From an uncultured archaeon (GTDB lineage: Archaea > Asgardarchaeota > Thorarchaeia > Thorarchaeales > Thorarchaeaceae), in contig CAZYLT010000005.1 in NCBI GenBank assembly GCA_964648855.1, positions 90,001 to 122,000 on the forward strand: a stretch of DNA of 32,000 nt, given 5' to 3'. The notes under the pieces are model-generated. The model worked only from the letters and a program-made list of their open reading frames with translations. It searched no databases and was not told where the DNA came from. Every line of letters begins with the position of its first letter. Positions within the stretch are counted from its first letter, which is position 1. Made by a program: the position numbers and the translations under genes. Shown one piece after another: positions 10,216 through 18,114 of the stretch.

Positions 10216-10496
10216 AAGCACTAACTAAGAGTGCAGTGGACGTGTTGAGCCATTTGGCATCTACAGGTCCTATGTCACCAAATGACATAACTGAGAGTAC
10301 AGAGATACCACCAAGAACAGTAAGCCATGCTCTGAAGCGGCTGCTTAGGCATAATCTCTGCAAGAAGATCCCAAACCTTCAGGACATGCGACGCCCTCTC
10401 TATGTCCCAAATTACGAAAAGGTTCGAGAGTTCGTAAAGCATTATGGGACTGACTCATTGGTTGGAGATAATCTCATCATGCTACTACGGAGGTGA
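10212..10496 (+). CDS. Winged helix-turn-helix DNA-binding protein
   Basis: GPMSP.DI.E.TEIP.RTV..ALKRL helix-turn-helix, D.RR..Y wing; 4-bp overlap with the RIO kinase gene. Confidence 0.82.
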   Translation: MKALTKSAVDVLSHLASTGPMSPNDITESTEIPPRTVSHALKRLLRHNLCKKIPNLQDMRRPLYVPNYEKVREFVKHYGTDSLVGDNLIMLLRR

Positions 10497-10617
10497 ATCT
10501 CTGCTATTTACTCTCTTTCTGAAAGAATGTGGGGGTTTTGCCTCTATTCCCCCATTTTGACTGGCTTTCTCACAAGCGCTATAAGCATAGCATGCAGTTA
10601 GTTGTCGAGGGCCGGAC

Positions 10618-10917
10618 TTGAATACAGAAGAGGATGGAATTTGGAAACAGAGAAAGAAAGAACGTGAAAAAGAGAAAGCTAGGCAATTCTTCAGAACCCT
10701 TGCGAATTGTGGATTCATAACGTGTTGGGGCATTGCAGTCCTTACCGTTTGGTTTCTTGCTTCACACGAGGGATGGGCTCAGTTATATTTTCCCGGCGAA
10801 GTTCCTACCGAGTGGACCATATTCAACACTTCAATGATTCAGCTCATAATTCTAGGCGCGGTTGCAGTGACAACCCTCTATGTCATCTTTAGATTGCGCT
10901 TAAATCGCTCCAGCTAG
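10618..10917 (+). CDS. Small 2-TM membrane protein
   Basis: Basic N-terminus followed by two hydrophobic helices. Confidence 0.65.
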   Translation: MNTEEDGIWKQRKKEREKEKARQFFRTLANCGFITCWGIAVLTVWFLASHEGWAQLYFPGEVPTEWTIFNTSMIQLIILGAVAVTTLYVIFRLRLNRSS

Positions 10918-11142
10918 TAATAGGCTATTATATCCTCCAGCCTATCGGTCGCTAGTTGTGATTTTATTTAAATTGGAGACACAATCCATGATTTCTATCG
11001 CGGAAGCGGTATAAACCACCACAAAACCTGCTGCAAAGTGATTAGAAATGCAATGGAAGAAGCACATAGATAATAATCACGTGGGCTCGAAACGGATAAT
11101 CCGCTCTTTCCCATATCTGGTGTGAATCTGTATTCTCCCAGT

Positions 11143-11580
11143 CTACTTTACCTTTCTCAAGACCACTCTGGTAACGCCTGGAATCTTTTTGAGGCTATCC
11201 TCAAGCTCTTCCAAGGTCACAACTAGCTGGTCCGGTACAAAATAGCACTCATAATAGCACTTTTCACCGCGTAGACAAACACCGGTCGTGAAAATAATAT
11301 CACTGAGTTTTGCATCATTGAAGGCAAAGTTCAGTTGTTTCAAGAAGTTCCTTGACAGGTCGCTAATCTCTATCCTAAGAAGGTAGATATCGTCTGAGGC
11401 AACGGGGAAGATTTTCATGACTCTGTCTTTGTGGTGTAATACTGTCAGAGCCGCTTCTTCCTTAATGTCTGCCACAAATTCGGCAGGGAACTCTACGGCC
11501 TTACCCGGTTTGAAGTGAAGAATAATTGCTGAGGTTGCACCCTCTCTGTCTATAACCATCGTCTCAACATCCTTTATCAT
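11143..11580 (-). CDS. Hypothetical protein with a C-terminal ACT-like (ferredoxin-fold) domain
   Basis: LLRIEISD...FL..L pattern and terminal L..SLKKIPGV..V typical of ACT domains. Confidence 0.6.
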   Translation of the reverse strand: MIKDVETMVIDREGATSAIILHFKPGKAVEFPAEFVADIKEEAALTVLHHKDRVMKIFPVASDDIYLLRIEISDLSRNFLKQLNFAFNDAKLSDIIFTTGVCLRGEKCYYECYFVPDQLVVTLEELEDSLKKIPGVTRVVLRKVK

Positions 11581-11896
11581 ATAGCCCTTCTAGGTTGTAT
11601 TTGGTTTTGATACAACCTTACTAATTAAGTTATTCTGTCCTAGCCCACACATGTATATCCTAGTATTACATTTCCCTCGATAAGACTCTTTTGGCATAGA
11701 ATCATGCAGATTGAGTGAATTCAACGTTTCTGAAATCTCTGTGTTCCACCCTTCTCCTACCAGCGTCACCGCTCACAGCGTACCCGAATGCCACTGAGTC
11801 AGTAGGGGTTTTGTCCGTGGTCGTCGGGAATGTGATATTAGATATTCTCTAGAAGAGAGGCACAACCTATAATTACAAAGGCTATTTCCATCATGA

Positions 11897-12625
11897 ATGA
11901 GGTTCCAACAAATGAGTGGTCGCCTGCAACAGTTGATTGGTGTGCTGTTGGTTCTTGTGAGTCTTGCTATGAGTTATGTGGTGTATACTAGTACACTTGG
12001 ATTGAGTGACGACGTCGGACTCCTATTGACTTCAGGCTTAGTTGCTTGGGCAATCGTAGCCCTTCCTGAATTGGCTCTAGGGCTATGGCTTCTCTCAAGA
12101 GGTTCTAGACAAGTCAGACTGAGCGATATCAGCGGAGGCTTGATTCCCTTGATACAAGAAGAAGGTAGAATGAGTGTCAGCGTAGCTGCCAGAAAACTGG
12201 GAACTACCGAAGATGCTGTTTCAGACGCTGCTGAGAAACTCGCACGAAAACGGTTGCCAGTTGTGTATCTCAATCGTTCAACCAATGAAATTGTGAGTCC
12301 TAGGTCTGTGGAGCTGCGAGAGAGTCTTTTACATCTGCTCTTTGCCCAAAGGAGAATGACCCTCAAGCAACTACATGAAGTGACAGAGGCACGCGGAGAG
12401 GAGATTATTGAAACCCTTCGTGATCTCTCGCGAGAAGGGAAATTCAGAGGAGTCATTGACGAAAACTCTGGAGTAGTCTATACTCAGGAGGCTGTTGAGG
12501 AACTCCCTGACGCAGTGACGTCCTGTCCAAATTGTGGCGGCAAGCTTGAAGCGCCTGTGCTCCCCGGAGAAGAGGAAAAATGTCCGTATTGTGGGCATCT
12601 AATTACTAATCGGCTTGGGCTCTAA
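11897..12625 (+). CDS. Membrane protein with two wHTH/PCI-like domains and a C-terminal Zn ribbon
   Basis: 2 N-terminal TM helices; GRMSV..AA.KL and RMTL.QL...IIE.L..L...GKFRG.ID wHTH-like repeats; CPNC...CPYC. Confidence 0.7.
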   Translation: MRFQQMSGRLQQLIGVLLVLVSLAMSYVVYTSTLGLSDDVGLLLTSGLVAWAIVALPELALGLWLLSRGSRQVRLSDISGGLIPLIQEEGRMSVSVAARKLGTTEDAVSDAAEKLARKRLPVVYLNRSTNEIVSPRSVELRESLLHLLFAQRRMTLKQLHEVTEARGEEIIETLRDLSREGKFRGVIDENSGVVYTQEAVEELPDAVTSCPNCGGKLEAPVLPGEEEKCPYCGHLITNRLGL

Positions 12626-13750
12626 TCCACCTCTAAAGATTTTCCAGATGCCCTTTACCGAGTCCCTATCAACTACAAACAGCCTATCTCCTAAGTTTGC
12701 AGTAAGACAAGAATGGTTCGGAAGAATTCGTATCTTGTCACCCGGCTGAAAACCGGAAACTGTGGCGGGCTTGCCGAGGACTTTGCCATGCTCTTGAGAG
12801 AGAGAAACAATTCTCAAATCTGCATTCATCTTTCCCTCGTCATAATCATCGAACACTTCGCCAAATGACGTATGTCTGGTTAGATGCGTGGCGCCTAGGT
12901 CTTTTGATAACGCTGTTGCACCTGTGTCAATAACCAGATGATCATCATAGACACCCGTCACGCTACTAAGGACGCTGAAGCTAACCTGATTGACCTCGCA
13001 CACGCCTAAGGCTACTTGTGTATAATCGTGAAAGACATAGTTTCCTGGACGTATCTCTGTGATTCCATCCATAAATTCCTGGCTGACTGTACAAGTGGGG
13101 GTCGAACCGATGCTAACCACTTCGCAGGAGAGGTCCTTGTCTTGCATCTGCAGCTTCAAGGCAAAATCAACCATGGCTTTCTGTTCTTGATGCGCGATTC
13201 TTCTGATCTCGGAAACTGTTTCGGCATGATAGGCATGGCCCGCATGCGTGAGAATGCCCTTGAAACATAGATGGTTCGCGTCAGCAATATCCCTCGCTAA
13301 TTGGATTGCATCTTCGCTTTCTGGGTCAACGCCTGCTCGGTGGTATCCGCAGTCAACCTTCATGAGAACATCGAGTTCTGTTTCTGCATGTCTACATCTT
13401 TTTTCTAGAAGCTCGAGGGTCTTTGGATGGTCCAACAAGACCCGGATGTCAATGTCTTCAGCCAAAGCAAGAACTGCATCAATCTTGTCGTGGCAAAGAG
13501 GAACAGCAAGCGTGACATCTCGAAAGCCATGTTCTGCAAAGACCCTTGCTTCCTCCACTGTAGAAGCTGTTATCCCTTGTGCCCCTTCTCTTAGCTGCAT
13601 TTCTCCTATCTCCACACATTTGTGTGTCTTGATATGAGGTCGAAGGGAAACCGAGTTTTTCTTTGCTTTTTTTGCCATTTGTGCTATATTATCTCGCAAG
13701 CGCTCGTAATCGACAAGTAGAGCTGGTGTCAAGATTTCTTCTATATGCAT
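12599..13750 (-). CDS. DSD1-family fold-type III PLP enzyme (D-serine dehydratase / D-threonine aldolase-like)
   Basis: TPALLVD, LRPHIKTHK (PLP lysine), KVDCG.HRAG, HAGH, GSTPT, EIRPGNY.F.D, SQEHG, PNHSC metal ligands; start placed at ATG 13750 because the longer ORF overlaps the upstream gene. Confidence 0.9.
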   Translation of the reverse strand: MHIEEILTPALLVDYERLRDNIAQMAKKAKKNSVSLRPHIKTHKCVEIGEMQLREGAQGITASTVEEARVFAEHGFRDVTLAVPLCHDKIDAVLALAEDIDIRVLLDHPKTLELLEKRCRHAETELDVLMKVDCGYHRAGVDPESEDAIQLARDIADANHLCFKGILTHAGHAYHAETVSEIRRIAHQEQKAMVDFALKLQMQDKDLSCEVVSIGSTPTCTVSQEFMDGITEIRPGNYVFHDYTQVALGVCEVNQVSFSVLSSVTGVYDDHLVIDTGATALSKDLGATHLTRHTSFGEVFDDYDEGKMNADLRIVSLSQEHGKVLGKPATVSGFQPGDKIRILPNHSCLTANLGDRLFVVDRDSVKGIWKIFRGGLEPKPISN

Positions 13751-13802
13751 GCCTTCATTGAATTCAGTTCTAGTATTAGAAACCTCTGTCTTCCTTTTTG
13801 TA

Positions 13803-15236
13803 TTAGGTAATTCCGTGCTGGTCGCCTTTGATTGCACGGCGAAGCGTTAGTCTGATGTCATCGATTTTAGACCGGATCCGGTTTTTCTCAGGCCAGAACT
13901 CCTTAATCTCATCGAATCCCATCACATCGAAATAGAGTGGGCATGCACCATAGCAGTACTTGAAGTATTCGCATTCTTTGCAACCTTCAGGGGCATATTC
14001 CTTACTCCTCCAGAATTTGGCTGAGCGATTATTCCATACCTGCTCAAAACTATCTTCCAGTAGATTGCCCACTGGCTCACTGAAGCTCGAACAAGGCAGT
14101 AGCCCCCCCTCTGCGTCGACGGAAATCAACCCATCACATGCAGCACAATGTTTGGCCCCGAGACCATGTGCGATGGGATTGAAAAGACAGACGGGGGTTG
14201 GAGCGTACCAGACGAACTGAACCCCCTTTTTGTTCGCTCTCTTCTTCACTCTGCGGACAATGTCCCCTATCTCAGAAAACGTGATTTGAAGTTGCTCTCT
14301 CTTCTTTGCTGCAGTCCCTGTGTAGATCACCATATTCATGCTGAAATATGTCAATTCGAGTTCATCAGCATGGAAGTCGACAAGGTCTTCTAAGCGATCT
14401 ACATTAAGCTTGCAAATAGTGGTGTTGCAATGAGTGTAAATGTCGGTGCTTCTAAGATTCTTGACTCCTTGAACTGTCTGCTCAAAGGCTCCTGAAACTC
14501 CCACAATGGAATCATGTGTTTCAGCATCGGGACCTTCGATAGATACTTGAGCGCTGTTCAAATCGGCATCGACAAGAGCAGACACAAACTCGGGGTCGGC
14601 ACATCTTCTACCGTTAGTGATGAGATTCATTCTGAGACCCTTCTCTCTGCCGTAGGTAATCAGCTCAAAGAGATCATCACGTAGTGTTGGTTCTCCCCCC
14701 GTGAAGGATAGACTAGGAGCCTTTGCATCATCTGCTATAATATCGATGATTTTCTTGACCTCATCCGTGCTCATCTCCTCGCTCTCTCGATAAGGCGAGT
14801 ATGCATAGCAGAATTCACATTTGTTATTGCAGCGATATGTCAAAGCAATCTCGCTCAAAACGGGATAGTCGATTTTCCCCTCTCCAAAGGGAACTATTTT
14901 CGCGGTATTGTAAGAATAGACATTTTGATTACCGTTTGTCATATTCATAAGGTCCTCAACGAAATCAGCTAAATCATTCAGAACCTGCTGTTGTGGGATG
15001 TCATACTTCTCAGTAAAGTAGTCGACAACATTGACAGGATTATGCCCATCCAAGAGTAGCTTCAGCATCTTTAGAGCTGTTTTGTTGAGGTGCATTACTT
15101 TGTTCGGTCGTAGAATGAGTAGTTTGTCCTCTGGCCGAACGAAAAAATAGTCTTTCACCTCTTCAATGAACTTGGGGACCCATTTGAGTTCCTCAAGCTT
15201 GTAGTCATATCTGGCAATGTCATTCGGTCCGGTCAT
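13803..15236 (-). CDS. Radical SAM/SPASM peptide- or protein-maturase with an N-terminal PqqD/RRE-like domain
   Basis: CNNKCEFC (CxxxCxxC, 14808-14831), FTGGEP, LITNG; SPASM C...G.LLPC...CKEC....YCYGACP; N-terminal LN.TA...L.LL.G......V.....KYDI....V..DL..F...L. Confidence 0.9.
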   Translation of the reverse strand: MTGPNDIARYDYKLEELKWVPKFIEEVKDYFFVRPEDKLLILRPNKVMHLNKTALKMLKLLLDGHNPVNVVDYFTEKYDIPQQQVLNDLADFVEDLMNMTNGNQNVYSYNTAKIVPFGEGKIDYPVLSEIALTYRCNNKCEFCYAYSPYRESEEMSTDEVKKIIDIIADDAKAPSLSFTGGEPTLRDDLFELITYGREKGLRMNLITNGRRCADPEFVSALVDADLNSAQVSIEGPDAETHDSIVGVSGAFEQTVQGVKNLRSTDIYTHCNTTICKLNVDRLEDLVDFHADELELTYFSMNMVIYTGTAAKKREQLQITFSEIGDIVRRVKKRANKKGVQFVWYAPTPVCLFNPIAHGLGAKHCAACDGLISVDAEGGLLPCSSFSEPVGNLLEDSFEQVWNNRSAKFWRSKEYAPEGCKECEYFKYCYGACPLYFDVMGFDEIKEFWPEKNRIRSKIDDIRLTLRRAIKGDQHGIT

Positions 15237-15385
15237 GGCTAAGAATGACCCAATTCCTGTAGTCTTAAGGCTTGTCTTGAAGGTTTGCTGAATAATGGAT
15301 ATTATTCCGCCATCTGGTGCGAAAAAATGAAAGGCTTATCAGCGTTGACTGTTTCCACAGAATCGCAAGAAGGTGGAGAGAATCC

Positions 15386-15781
15386 ATGAGCGCCAATGAA
15401 ATCAAACTGCCATATGGCACAATCAAAGATAAGAAACTGATAATGAACTTCAGTGCTTTTGATATGGACCTGCCAGTCATCGCAGCTGGAGTCCGAGAGC
15501 GATCCGATGTCCTGAAGGAGATGCAGGTGGCCTTTTCTGGTTTTGGAACCGAAGTGCCTGAAGAACTGTCACGACAAAAACCTGCTGAAATCAAGGTCTT
15601 TTTCGAATATTTGGGTAAGGAAACTGATGCCAACATCATCCTCAAGAGAGTATACCACATCGTTTGGGGGGGTATTATTCAGGAATTTCCAGATCTGATT
15701 GATTGGGCGGAAGCAAAAGCAGACCTCTCAAGCTTAACATTCGCTCAAGCAGAAGTAATGCGTGTACGAAGAGAGAAGTGA
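15386..15781 (+). CDS. Hypothetical protein
   Basis: ORF with normal globular composition; ATG at 15386 preceded by GGTGGAG; divergent from the radical SAM gene. Confidence 0.7.
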   Translation: MSANEIKLPYGTIKDKKLIMNFSAFDMDLPVIAAGVRERSDVLKEMQVAFSGFGTEVPEELSRQKPAEIKVFFEYLGKETDANIILKRVYHIVWGGIIQEFPDLIDWAEAKADLSSLTFAQAEVMRVRREK

Positions 15782-15799
15782 AGGAGAATCACCTCAAAA

Positions 15800-15937
15800 A
15801 TGGCTGCAGTCGAGATACTTGATTTTGTCTATGAGCTCCTTGAGAGCGCAGTCATGGGTCAGAAAACTGGTTTCATCAAGTCCGCTGAGACCCTTCTGAA
15901 TGAGAAAATTGAGTACAGAAGCATTGAGCAGGAATAG
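15800..15937 (+). CDS. Putative 45-aa small protein (below the ORF-track cutoff)
   Basis: Hand translation MAAVEILDFVYELLESAVMGQKTGFIKSAETLLNEKIEYRSIEQE*; AGGAGA upstream; fills the gap and ends 8 nt before the next ORF. Confidence 0.35.
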   Translation: MAAVEILDFVYELLESAVMGQKTGFIKSAETLLNEKIEYRSIEQE

Positions 15938-15945
15938 GAGCATGT

Positions 15946-18114
15946 TTGGGTAAAATGAAGCTTAGAACTAAAACACTGATGCTATCAATTGCAGTTGTTG
16001 CCTTGGTATCGTTTGCATCAGTGGACGCGCATCTAACATCGCAAAGCTCTCCAGTTTCGATTGATAGTATTATAGTTGACGTTGTAGTGTTACCAAATGG
16101 AAGAATAAATGTGACTTATTGGATGACCTTCTCGGTATTGAGTGGCTCCCTTGGAGGATTCGACTTAGAGGGAATCCAAGAATCCAGCATCTATGACCCG
16201 GACAGAGCATATGTTGATTACCTGGGTGAGAGGTATTCCTTAGTTGTCACAGTCCTATCAAATGGCTATGGGCTTGACTGGACACCCCGAACCCAAGAAG
16301 GAGAATCGGTCACCGTTGTATTCGGCTATTTTAGCACCAACAGGATTATCGAATCAACTACAGGCACCTTCATAGATGAAACGACTGAGGAGGAAGTCAC
16401 AGGCACATTCGGAGTTCTCAATTGGGCTCCTGTTCAATGGGAAGAGCAGGTTGGCTACGAAAATGTTCGAGTTATCTATCCTATTGTAATGAACTCCAGT
16501 TGGATAGAAGAAAGTGGTGGGATTACTCCCGCTGGAGCTGATTATGCCGGGTATGTTGAAGATTATCGTCAAGGAATCGAAGAGTCAGTGGGTAATCAAC
16601 GAAGCTTTGATGAAATAAACCTGTTAGCCTATCCATCGGATCCATCAGCAGATCAGAGAAACTTCAGTGTGAGTATGGAAGAGAATGATCTTTTACCCTA
16701 TGATCATTTTAGAATATTTCATTATACCAACTGGAGTTTCTATGCTCCATTCTTGCAGCCTGGTGCACTCTGGTATATAGCAGAATCTTATGTCAATGCA
16801 GACGCAGAGCAAGAATTCGACCTAGAAATTGATGTAATCAACATAGGTGATGCAGATCTTTACGGAGTTACTGTCACTCTGTCTATTCCGGAAAACCTGA
16901 CACTTTCCTCAGGCTCAATTTCCACTCTGGTGGGTACCTTGCCTGGCGGGACATACCATCCAGTATTCTTTTCATTCATTCCCGCAAATACACCTCAGGT
17001 GTTGCCCCTCACATTCCAAATATCCGCTGATAACCTGAATGCATCGCAATGGGTGACATTCTCCGTGGACGTCTATATCCGCGAGTACATCCCCCCATTG
17101 ATTCCACCGAGTATGATTATTATTGGCATGTTTGCAGGAGTTGCTATTACAGTGGTATATCACACGTACCGGCGTGTGAAATCTCGTTATGGTGCAACTT
17201 GGGAGGACGATGAGACAACCTCCGTATATCAGAGCCCTGAGATGACAATACAGACATTCGGAGAACCTGAGACAGTAGCTGAACTAGATCCCGTCGAGTC
17301 CGCCTTTTTTGTTAATACGACACGACAGAAGCTGGTAACCATGATTCTCATGTCCTGTGTCAAGAAGGGCGCAGTTCGTGTCATATCCTCTGACCCGCTC
17401 CGATTATCTGATACTGGAATAGCATTTGATGATTTAACCTACTACGAGAAGATGTTCGTGGAGGCAATTTCGGATAATGAGCTTGACCCTGATTTGGTTG
17501 ATGCCATGATTGATGAGATAGCAGACCAGGTTCAAGAAAAATCATGGGATGCTGATATTGCGGCCACCAAGAAAGAGCATGATAAGATGGTAGACGATGC
17601 TTGGGAAGAACTGGAATCAAAGCCAACATTAGATGGGCGTAGTGACTTCTATTTCGACACAGATTATCATCGCAGTTGGGCATGGTATTGGTTGTATATG
17701 CATCCGCGTCATGATCGCGAAGTTGGCAGAGTATTCACTGAACCAAGTGGAGCGATTTCTCCACCAGACATTCCTGACTGGTTTTTGAATTTAGCTGATG
17801 CGACTGGGAATGCAATCTCTGATGCTGGTCGTGCTGTTGGAGATGTAGTCGCTACTACCGGCGAAATAATGTCTAATGTGACAAACACGATTGGCACCAT
17901 TCTTCAGAATGTCGCAGAAACAATATCAGCGCCGCTCAGTCCTATAGTTGACGGAACAAGCCGTTGCGTTTCTCACGATGCTTGCCACTCAGCATGCGTG
18001 TCTCATGACGCCTGTCATAGTGCATGCCATAGCGCCTGTCACAGTGCCTGTGTGTGTCACAGTGCGTGCCATAGCGCTTGTCATAGTGCCTGTGTTTCGG
18101 GAGGCTTCAGGTGA
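15946..18114 (+). CDS. Single-pass membrane protein with a DUF2207-like/Ig-like ectodomain and a C-terminal Cys/His-rich CHSA-repeat tail; candidate radical SAM substrate
   Basis: Signal peptide (likely start ATG 15955), beta-rich N-domain with N-x-S/T sequons, CARDB/NEW3-like segment, TM at about aa 389-408 followed by RRVK, helical domain, tail ending CHSACVSGGFR. Confidence 0.8.
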   Translation: MGKMKLRTKTLMLSIAVVALVSFASVDAHLTSQSSPVSIDSIIVDVVVLPNGRINVTYWMTFSVLSGSLGGFDLEGIQESSIYDPDRAYVDYLGERYSLVVTVLSNGYGLDWTPRTQEGESVTVVFGYFSTNRIIESTTGTFIDETTEEEVTGTFGVLNWAPVQWEEQVGYENVRVIYPIVMNSSWIEESGGITPAGADYAGYVEDYRQGIEESVGNQRSFDEINLLAYPSDPSADQRNFSVSMEENDLLPYDHFRIFHYTNWSFYAPFLQPGALWYIAESYVNADAEQEFDLEIDVINIGDADLYGVTVTLSIPENLTLSSGSISTLVGTLPGGTYHPVFFSFIPANTPQVLPLTFQISADNLNASQWVTFSVDVYIREYIPPLIPPSMIIIGMFAGVAITVVYHTYRRVKSRYGATWEDDETTSVYQSPEMTIQTFGEPETVAELDPVESAFFVNTTRQKLVTMILMSCVKKGAVRVISSDPLRLSDTGIAFDDLTYYEKMFVEAISDNELDPDLVDAMIDEIADQVQEKSWDADIAATKKEHDKMVDDAWEELESKPTLDGRSDFYFDTDYHRSWAWYWLYMHPRHDREVGRVFTEPSGAISPPDIPDWFLNLADATGNAISDAGRAVGDVVATTGEIMSNVTNTIGTILQNVAETISAPLSPIVDGTSRCVSHDACHSACVSHDACHSACHSACHSACVCHSACHSACHSACVSGGFR
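17965..18111 (+). repeat. Coding repeat: CHSA x7 plus CVSHDA x2
   Basis: CVSHDACHSACVSHDACHSACHSACHSACVCHSACHSACHSACVSGGFR; mostly 12-bp period with synonymous variation between units. Confidence 0.95.

Noticed and set aside
10530-10558. Hairpin TGGGGG-N13-CCCCCA followed by T residues after the wHTH gene
   Set aside because: Only a 6-bp homopolymer stem with a long loop; too weak to call a terminator.
13803-15236. pqqE, nirJ/ahb or mftC gene assignment
   Set aside because: None of the partner pathway genes are present, and the motifs support only family-level RRE-rSAM-SPASM.
17965-18111. Multiheme cytochrome c interpretation of the CHSACH motifs
   Set aside because: The motifs are CxxxCH and overlap each other rather than being spaced CxxCH. 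The tail is predicted to be cytoplasmic, and no cytochrome c maturation genes are in the window.
17965-18111. CRISPR array, DNA VNTR, or His-Xaa-Ser (HxsA) precursor
   Set aside because: There are no spacers and the units vary only synonymously. The register is H-S-A with a four-residue period, not H-x-S triplets.
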